The position numbers were made by a program, and so were the translations under genes. This document shows positions 57,186-64,000 of a stretch of DNA of 64,000 nt, piece by piece. Position 1 is the stretch's first letter, and each line of letters begins with the position of its first letter. The notes beneath the pieces are model-generated. The model ran no database searches, was not told where the DNA came from, and was given only the letters and a program-made list of their open reading frames with translations. The stretch lies in NCBI GenBank assembly GCA_045594085.1, contig JAZNXW010000023.1, forward strand, positions 363 through 64,362, in the 5' to 3' direction. The stretch comes from Eubacteriales bacterium. GTDB lineage: Bacteria > Bacillota > Clostridia > Oscillospirales > CAG-272.

Positions 57186-60100
57186 ATGGAACGTAACACG
57201 TTTGATTCTATAAAAATAGGTCTCGCGTCGCCCGAAATGATAAGAAGCTGGTCTTACGGTGAAGTTAAAAAGCCTGAAACCATCAACTATCGTACGCTTA
57301 AGGCGGAGCGCGAAGGTCTTTTCTGCGAGCGTATCTTCGGACCGACAAAGGACTGGGAATGCCTTTGCGGAAAGTATAAGAGAATACGCTACAAGGGTAA
57401 GGTTTGCGAAAAGTGCGGAGTTGAGGTAACGACAAAGAAGGTTCGCCGCGAACGTATGGGTCATATTGACCTTGCGGCTCCCGTTTCGCACATCTGGTAC
57501 TTCAGAGCGATCCCCTCGAGAATGGGTCTTCTTCTTGATATTACTCCCCATAACCTCGAAAAGGTCCTCTATTTCGCGAGCTATATCGTAATTGATCCCG
57601 GTAATACTCCTCTCGAAAAGAAGGAGCTTCTTACCGAGTCCAAGTACCGTGAGTACTACGAAAAGTACGAGAATGACTTCCGCGTCGGTATGGGCGCGGA
57701 GGCTGTCAAGGAGCTCCTTGCGGAGCTCGACATCGAAGCTCTCTCCAAGGAGCTCAAGGCAGAGCTTGCAACTGCTACGGGTCAGAAAAAGGTTCGTATC
57801 ATCAAGCGTCTTGAGATCGTTGAGGCGTTCCGTAAATCCGGCAACCGCCCCGAATGGATGATCCTCGACGTCGTTCCGGTAATTCCTCCGGAAATCAGAC
57901 CTATGGTCCAGCTCGACGGCGGACGCTTCGCTTCCTCCGACCTTAACGATCTGTACCGCAGAGTCATCAACAGAAATAACAGACTTAAAAAGCTCCTCGA
58001 AATGCATACGCCCGAGATCATCGTAAGAAATGAAAAGCGTATGCTTCAGGAAGCGGTCGATGCTCTCATCGACAACGGTCGTCGCGGTAAGCCCGTAACA
58101 GGTCCCTCCAACAGACCTCTCAAATCCCTCTCCGAAATGCTCCGCGGTAAGCAGGGACGTTTCCGTCAGAACCTTCTCGGTAAGCGAGTTGACTATTCCG
58201 GACGTTCCGTTATCGTCGTCGGACCTGATCTGAAGATCTATCAGTGCGGTCTGCCGAAGGAGATGGCTCTCGAACTCTTCAAGCCCTTCGTTATGAAGCG
58301 CCTTGTTGAAACTCAGAAGGCATCCAACATCAAGGAAGCAAAGAAGAAAGTTGATAAGATCTATCCTGAGGTCTGGGACGCTCTCGAAAACGTAATCAAG
58401 GAACACCCCGTACTCCTCAACCGTGCACCTACACTCCACCGTCTGTCCATTCAGGCGTTCGAGCCCGTGCTCGTTGAAGGTAAGGCTATCAAGCTCCATC
58501 CGCTCGTATGTAAAGCGTTCAACGCGGACTTCGACGGCGACCAGATGCCTATCCACGTTCCGCTTTCCGCGGAAGCTCAGGCGGAAGCACGTTTCCTTAT
58601 GCTCTCTGCAAACAACCTGCTCAAGCCCGCTGACGGTAAAGCAGTTGCAGTTCCTTCTCAGGACATGGTCATCGGTAACTTCTATCTTACTATGGATAAG
58701 CCCGGTGAGCCCGGCGAAGGAAAATCCTTCCGTAACTTCGACGAAGCCGTTATGGCTTACGAAAATCACCTGCTCGGCATCCATGCTCCCATCAAGGTCC
58801 GCGTATTCAAGGAAAGAAACGGCGTGATGGAGTCCAAGGTTATCGACGCTACTCTCGGCCGTCTCATCTTCAACAAGGCGATCCCTCAGGATCTCGGCTA
58901 CGTTGACAGAACAGATCCCGATAAGTACTTCGATCTTGAGATCACCGAGGCTATGACGAGCAAGAAACTCTCCGGTATCATCGACGCGTGCATCAAGAAG
59001 CACGGCTTCTCCGTAACGGCGCAGGTCCTCGACGATATCAAGAGCATCGGTTATAAATATGCGACAAGAGCCGCAGTTTCCATTTCCGTTGCGGATATTA
59101 TGATCCCTGACGAAAAGTATGCGCTCGTTTCAGCCGCAGAAAAGAAGATCGAAACGATCAACCGCCACTTTATGCGCGGTGAGCTTGCTGAAGAAGAAAG
59201 ATACAAGGACGTTATCAAGGTTTGGGAACAGACCACAAAGGACGTTGTTGAATCTCTCCAGAAGAACTTCGACAAGTACAACTCCATCAAGATGATGATG
59301 GACTCCGGAGCCCGCGGTAACATCACTCAGATGCGTCAGCTCGCCGGTATGCGCGGACTTATGTTTGCGACAAACGGTAAGACGATGGAGCTCCCGATCA
59401 AGTCCAACTTCCGCGAAGGTCTTAACATACTCGAATACTTTATGGCTGCAAGAGGTGCACGTAAGTCCCTTTCTGATACGGCTCTCCGTACCGCTGACTC
59501 CGGTTACCTCACGAGACGTCTTGTTGACGTATCTCAGGAAGTTATCATCCGCGAGGATGACTGCGGCGCCGACAAGGGTATTTGGGTATCCGATATCAAG
59601 GAAGGCAATGAAATGATCGAGCCTTTGAAGGACCGTCTGTTCGGACGTTTCGTCATCGGCGATGTTGTTGATCCTGCGACCGGCGAAGTTATTGTTGCTG
59701 ACGGCTGCATGATCGGTGAAGAAGATACAAAGAAGATCGTTGCCGCAGGCATCGAACGCGTGCATGTTCGTACAGTTCTTCAGTGCCGCGCACGTCACGG
59801 CGTCTGCGCTAAGTGCTACGGTGCAAACCTCGCGTTCGGTACTCCCGTTAACGTTGGTGAGGCTGTCGGTATCATCGCTGCTCAGTCTATCGGTGAACCC
59901 GGTACACAGCTTACGATGAGAACGTTCCACACCGGTGGTGTTGCAGGTTCCGACATTACACAGGGTCTGCCTCGCGTCGAAGACCTCTTCGAGGCGAGAA
60001 AGCCCAAGAAGCCCGCTGTTGTATCCGAGGTTGAGGGTACTGTCGCTATCCGCGACGATAAGAGAGTTCACGTCGTTGACGTTAAAACTCCCGACGGTGA

Positions 60101-60947
60101 GGTCAACTCTTACACGATTCCTTACGGCATGAGAATCCTTGTTTCCGAGGGCGATTACGTTTCCCGCGGTCAGGCACTCACCGAAGGTCATATGAGCCCT
60201 GCCGATATTACACGTATCAACGGTCTTGATGCAACCTACGATTACATCGTTCGCGAAGTACAGAAGGTTTACCGTCTCCAGTCCGTTGACATCAACGATA
60301 AACATATCGAAGTTATTACACGTCAGATGACACGTAAGGTTAAGATCGACGATCCCGGCGATACAGATCTGCTCGTCGGTACGATGATCGATCAGAGCGA
60401 GCTTGCTGAAGAAAACGACAAGATCCAGGCACGTATCGATGCGGGTGAGATCACTCTCCGCCTCGCTGCCGCTACTCCCGTTCTCCTCGGTATCACAAAG
60501 GCATCGCTTATGACCGAATCCTTCCTGTCTGCCGCTTCCTTCCAGGAAACGACAAAGGTTCTCACCGAAGCCGCTATCCGCGGTAAGGTCGACCACCTGC
60601 TCGGACTTAAGGAGAACGTCATTATCGGTAAGCTTATCCCCGCAGGTACGGGTATGGAGCGTTACCGTAACGTTGAGATCGAACGCACGGATTCGAGCTC
60701 CGAAACGATGCTCAATCTCCTCGCAGGAACCCGCGTTGCTGTCGATGACGCAAACGATGACGATGATGAGCCGCTTGAACTTATCCACGATAACGACGAT
60801 GCTGCTGACGTCTTCGAAGAAGATGATGCAAGCGACGTTGATTTCTTCGATGATGAAGAGGATGAATTTGACGACGGTATTTCCGATGATGAATATGCGG
60901 ATGCCATCGATAAGATCCTTGAGCGTCAGCTCGGTCTCGATAAGTAA
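57186..60947 (+). CDS. rpoC: RNA polymerase beta-prime subunit
   Basis: [30 protein letters not shown]. Confidence 0.99.
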   Translation: MERNTFDSIKIGLASPEMIRSWSYGEVKKPETINYRTLKAEREGLFCERIFGPTKDWECLCGKYKRIRYKGKVCEKCGVEVTTKKVRRERMGHIDLAAPVSHIWYFRAIPSRMGLLLDITPHNLEKVLYFASYIVIDPGNTPLEKKELLTESKYREYYEKYENDFRVGMGAEAVKELLAELDIEALSKELKAELATATGQKKVRIIKRLEIVEAFRKSGNRPEWMILDVVPVIPPEIRPMVQLDGGRFASSDLNDLYRRVINRNNRLKKLLEMHTPEIIVRNEKRMLQEAVDALIDNGRRGKPVTGPSNRPLKSLSEMLRGKQGRFRQNLLGKRVDYSGRSVIVVGPDLKIYQCGLPKEMALELFKPFVMKRLVETQKASNIKEAKKKVDKIYPEVWDALENVIKEHPVLLNRAPTLHRLSIQAFEPVLVEGKAIKLHPLVCKAFNADFDGDQMPIHVPLSAEAQAEARFLMLSANNLLKPADGKAVAVPSQDMVIGNFYLTMDKPGEPGEGKSFRNFDEAVMAYENHLLGIHAPIKVRVFKERNGVMESKVIDATLGRLIFNKAIPQDLGYVDRTDPDKYFDLEITEAMTSKKLSGIIDACIKKHGFSVTAQVLDDIKSIGYKYATRAAVSISVADIMIPDEKYALVSAAEKKIETINRHFMRGELAEEERYKDVIKVWEQTTKDVVESLQKNFDKYNSIKMMMDSGARGNITQMRQLAGMRGLMFATNGKTMELPIKSNFREGLNILEYFMAARGARKSLSDTALRTADSGYLTRRLVDVSQEVIIREDDCGADKGIWVSDIKEGNEMIEPLKDRLFGRFVIGDVVDPATGEVIVADGCMIGEEDTKKIVAAGIERVHVRTVLQCRARHGVCAKCYGANLAFGTPVNVGEAVGIIAAQSIGEPGTQLTMRTFHTGGVAGSDITQGLPRVEDLFEARKPKKPAVVSEVEGTVAIRDDKRVHVVDVKTPDGEVNSYTIPYGMRILVSEGDYVSRGQALTEGHMSPADITRINGLDATYDYIVREVQKVYRLQSVDINDKHIEVITRQMTRKVKIDDPGDTDLLVGTMIDQSELAEENDKIQARIDAGEITLRLAAATPVLLGITKASLMTESFLSAASFQETTKVLTEAAIRGKVDHLLGLKENVIIGKLIPAGTGMERYRNVEIERTDSSSETMLNLLAGTRVAVDDANDDDDEPLELIHDNDDAADVFEEDDASDVDFFDDEEDEFDDGISDDEYADAIDKILERQLGLDK

Positions 60948-60961
60948 TCCAAACACATCCG

Positions 60962-60997
60962 AAAGGAGCTTCAGCGCCCTGCTGAGGCTCCTTTTTT
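60962..60997 (+). terminator. Terminator after rpoC
   Basis: GGAGCTTCAGC/GCTGAGGCTCC plus T-run. Confidence 0.88.
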
Positions 60998-61090
60998 GCG
61001 CGTCGGTTGGATTATTTTCTCAAAAAAACGGCTCCCGCCGTGAATTGTGTTTGTGTAATAGGGAGAAAATAGAAGATAAAAAAATACCTC

Positions 61091-61119
61091 TTGACAATCG
61101 GCGCTCGTTAGGATATAAT
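61091..61119 (+). promoter_or_regulatory. Consensus sigma-A promoter of str operon
   Basis: TTGACA-17-TATAAT. Confidence 0.9.
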
Positions 61120-61276
61120 CTATGGTGCGTATCTGCGGCTGTGGTATATTTCTGCGTATTTGCAAAAAATGTCACATTCAGCCGTCGCGGAAACGCAAAG
61201 CACCTCCGACGGTTATCGTCTTCCGAAGGTCGTGCAAGCATAAACTTTTTATTACTACTAAAGAAGGAGGAAAGAG

Positions 61277-61690
61277 ATGCCTACCTTTAACCAGCTTGTT
61301 AAGCAGGGACGTAAAGATAAGGTTTATAAGTCTAAGGCTCCGATGCTCCAGACGGGTTTCAACTCCCTGAAGAACACCGCAACCGCCCAGAGCTCGCCCC
61401 AGAAGCGCGGCGTATGCACTAAGGTCACCACAACGACCCCTAAGAAGCCGAACTCCGCTCTTCGTAAGATCGCGAGAGTACGTCTTACCAACGGTCTTGA
61501 AACAACGACTTATATCCCCGGTATCGGACACAATCTTCAGGAGCACTCCGTCGTTCTCATCAGAGGCGGAAGAGTTCGCGACCTTCCCGGTTGCCGTTAC
61601 CACATCATCCGCGGTACGCTTGACGCTCAGAGCGTAGCAAACCGTAACCAGAGCCGTTCCAAGTAAGGTGCAAAGAGACCCAAGAAATAA
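61277..61690 (+). CDS. rpsL: 30S ribosomal protein S12 with in-frame TAA at 61664-61666 (ORF as sequenced ends at 61666)
   Basis: [25 protein letters not shown]; conserved tail GAKRPKK continues in frame to TAA at 61688-61690. Confidence 0.97.
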
Positions 61691-61858
61691 TTTTTTAAAA
61701 ATTACAGCGAAAAAACAAAATACTTCGGGGTGTTTTGCCGCTTGAGTTATAAATTTGGCAGTAATAAGCAGTTTATGTACTCTGAGCCTCGGCAGACACA
61801 ATCGGGATTTAATTTCGAGTACCTGTGATATCATTATTTAATGAAGGAGGGAATAACA

Positions 61859-62329
61859 GTGCCTAGAAGAGGTCAGATTTCCAAGAGAGAAGTTTTACCG
61901 GATCCGCTTTACAATTCCCAGCTCGTAACAAAGCTGGTAAACAACGTAATGCTGGACGGCAAAAAGGGCGTTGCGCAGAAGATCGTTTATGACGCATTCG
62001 CTATCGTAGAAAGCAAGACAAACGAAAATCCTCTTGTGATTTTCGAAGCTGCTCTTGAAAACGTTATGCCTTTGCTTGAAGTAAAGGCTCGCCGCGTAGG
62101 TGGTGCGACATACCAGGTTCCGATGGATGTACGTCCTGAAAGACGTCTTACACTCGGTCTTCGTTGGTTCGTAAACTATGCAAGATCCAGAGGCGAAAAT
62201 ACCATGGCTGAAAGACTTGCAGGCGAGATCATGGACGCTAAGAACAGCACAGGCGGTGCGTTCAAGAGAAAAGAAGAAATGCACAGAATGGCAGAAGCTA
62301 ACAAGGCTTTCGCACATTACCGCTATTAA
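61859..62329 (+). CDS. rpsG: 30S ribosomal protein S7
   Basis: GTG start after AAGGAGG; [26 protein letters not shown]. Confidence 0.98.
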   Translation: MPRRGQISKREVLPDPLYNSQLVTKLVNNVMLDGKKGVAQKIVYDAFAIVESKTNENPLVIFEAALENVMPLLEVKARRVGGATYQVPMDVRPERRLTLGLRWFVNYARSRGENTMAERLAGEIMDAKNSTGGAFKRKEEMHRMAEANKAFAHYRY

Positions 62330-62434
62330 TTTCAGCAAAGACGATGTTAAAAAACTGTTTATCCGGGCTGAGGATGAACGAAAGTATACCAATTATTATA
62401 TTACGTGTCGCCCGTGAGGGGCGTGGGGAACAAA

Positions 62435-64000
62435 ATGCCTAGAGAATATTCACTTTTGAATACGCGAAATATAGGTATCATGGCTCACATCGACGCCGGA
62501 AAGACCACAACGACTGAGAGAATTCTCTTCTATACGGGAGTTACTCATAAGCTTGGTGAAACCCACGAGGGTTCCGCAACGATGGACTGGATGGAGCAGG
62601 AGCGTGAACGCGGTATCACAATTACGTCTGCCGCTACTACCTGTCATTGGCGTAATACAAGAATCAATATTATAGACACTCCCGGTCACGTCGATTTCAC
62701 CGTAGAGGTGGAACGCTCTCTCAGAGTCCTTGACGGAGCGGTGTGTGTATTCTGCGCCAAAGGCGGAGTTGAACCGCAGTCTGAAACCGTATGGCATCAG
62801 GCTGATAAGTATCAGGTTCCGCGTATGGCTTATGTAAACAAAATGGACATTATGGGCGCTGACTTCTACCGTGTCGTAGGCATGATGAAGGACAGACTCA
62901 AATGTAACCCGGTGCCGCTTCAGTTGCCTATCGGCGCTGAAGACAGCTTCCGCGGTATCATCGACCTTATTAACATGAACGCTACCATCTATTATGATGA
63001 CATCGGACGCGATATGCGTATCGAGGAGATCCCGGCGGACATGCTTGAAATCGCTGAGGAGTATCGTGCAAATCTGCTCGAGTCCGTGGCTGAGGCCGAT
63101 GAAGAGCTCTTTGAAAAGTACTGCAACGAGGAAGAGATCACGATTGAAGAGATCAAATCCGCGATCAGAATTCAGACTATCGCGAATAAGATCGTCCCTG
63201 TAGTCTGCGGAACCTCTTACAAAAATAAGGGTGTTCAGAGACTTCTCGACGCTATCGTAGAGTATATGCCTTCTCCGCTTGATGTTCCCGCTATCCGCGG
63301 TATCAACCCCAAGACGGAAGAGGAAGAAGAAAGACCTTCCAGCGACGAAGAACCGTTCTCGGCTCTCGCGTTTAAGGTTATGACAGACCCGTTTGTAGGC
63401 CGTCTGTGCTTCTTCAGAGTATATTCCGGTACCATCGAAGCGGGTAAAACAACGTATAACTCCACGAAGCAGATCCGTGAAAGACTCGGTCGTCTCCTCC
63501 AGATGCACAGTAATGAACGTAAGGACATTGAGTGCGTTTACTCAGGAGACATCGCAGCCGTGATCGGAACAAAAAATACAGGTACGGGTGATACCTTCTG
63601 CGACGAAAACCATCCTATCATTCTTGAATCGATGGAATTCCCCGAGCCCGTTATCAGAGTCGCTATCGAGCCTAAAACAAAGGCGGGCGAGGAAAAGATG
63701 ACGATCGCTCTCGTTAAGCTCGCTGAAGAGGATCCCACCTTCAGAACCTATACAGACGAGGACACAGGTCAGACGATTATCGCCGGAATGGGCGAACTTC
63801 ATCTTGAGATCATCGTAGACAGACTTCTCCGTGAATTCAAGGTCGAAGCTAATATTGGTAAGCCTCAGGTTGCGTATAAGGAAGCCATCCGCGGCACAGC
63901 TACGGTTGACACTGTATATTCCAGACAGAACGGCGGTCACGGTCAGTACGGTCACGTTAAGATCGTTGTTGAACCTACCGACAATGAAGAGGAATTCGAA
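62435..64000 (+). CDS. fusA: Elongation factor G, 3' truncated by window (absent from ORF track)
   Basis: Read by eye: [37 protein letters not shown]. Confidence 0.98.
   Translation, partial: MPREYSLLNTRNIGIMAHIDAGKTTTTERILFYTGVTHKLGETHEGSATMDWMEQERERGITITSAATTCHWRNTRINIIDTPGHVDFTVEVERSLRVLDGAVCVFCAKGGVEPQSETVWHQADKYQVPRMAYVNKMDIMGADFYRVVGMMKDRLKCNPVPLQLPIGAEDSFRGIIDLINMNATIYYDDIGRDMRIEEIPADMLEIAEEYRANLLESVAEADEELFEKYCNEEEITIEEIKSAIRIQTIANKIVPVVCGTSYKNKGVQRLLDAIVEYMPSPLDVPAIRGINPKTEEEEERPSSDEEPFSALAFKVMTDPFVGRLCFFRVYSGTIEAGKTTYNSTKQIRERLGRLLQMHSNERKDIECVYSGDIAAVIGTKNTGTGDTFCDENHPIILESMEFPEPVIRVAIEPKTKAGEEKMTIALVKLAEEDPTFRTYTDEDTGQTIIAGMGELHLEIIVDRLLREFKVEANIGKPQVAYKEAIRGTATVDTVYSRQNGGHGQYGHVKIVVEPTDNEEEFE

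Noticed and set aside
53321-60956. Very long antisense ORFs (1276, 707, 608 aa) opposite rpoB/rpoC, and similar ones opposite ftsZ, fusA, metG and 1457-2785
   Set aside because: They mirror highly expressed genes codon for codon; avoidance of TTA/CTA/TCA on the sense strand removes antisense stops; no motifs or SD
61664-61666. Genome-wide reassignment of TAA to Tyr
   Set aside because: TAA ends many genes here at their expected C-termini (rpsG, ftsZ, trmD, cysS, rpsT)

Overview
Chromosomal segment of a spore-forming Bacillota (Clostridia-like; inferred from sigma-A promoters, a T-box, HPr, SpoVD/YpeB/SleB-like genes and a sortase-type tail). Most of it is housekeeping: a T-box-controlled cysE-cysS operon, rimM-trmD, ptsH, uvrC-rsmD, the dcw cluster (mraZ to ftsZ, no murD or ftsA), mtaB, metG-tatD, rpsT, rpoBC and rpsL-rpsG-fusA (fusA runs off the end). 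Accessory parts are carbohydrate-binding surface proteins and a GH29/AraC/solute-binding-protein/Gfo-Idh-MocA locus. Best candidates for new biology: (1) an ECF sigma factor coupled to a membrane-anchored serpin with anti-sigma-like topology and a predicted Glu at P1, a possible protease-sensing switch; (2) two AT-rich mini-cassettes of divergent cargo plus XRE-HTH gene sitting at terminators, one bounded by an identical 28-bp terminator direct repeat. Also notable: a premature TAA in rpsL, an ACG start for murE and an unannotated leader-peptide attenuator. No rRNA, tRNA, CRISPR array, integrase or transposase was seen. All family calls come from motif recognition by eye, not database searches.
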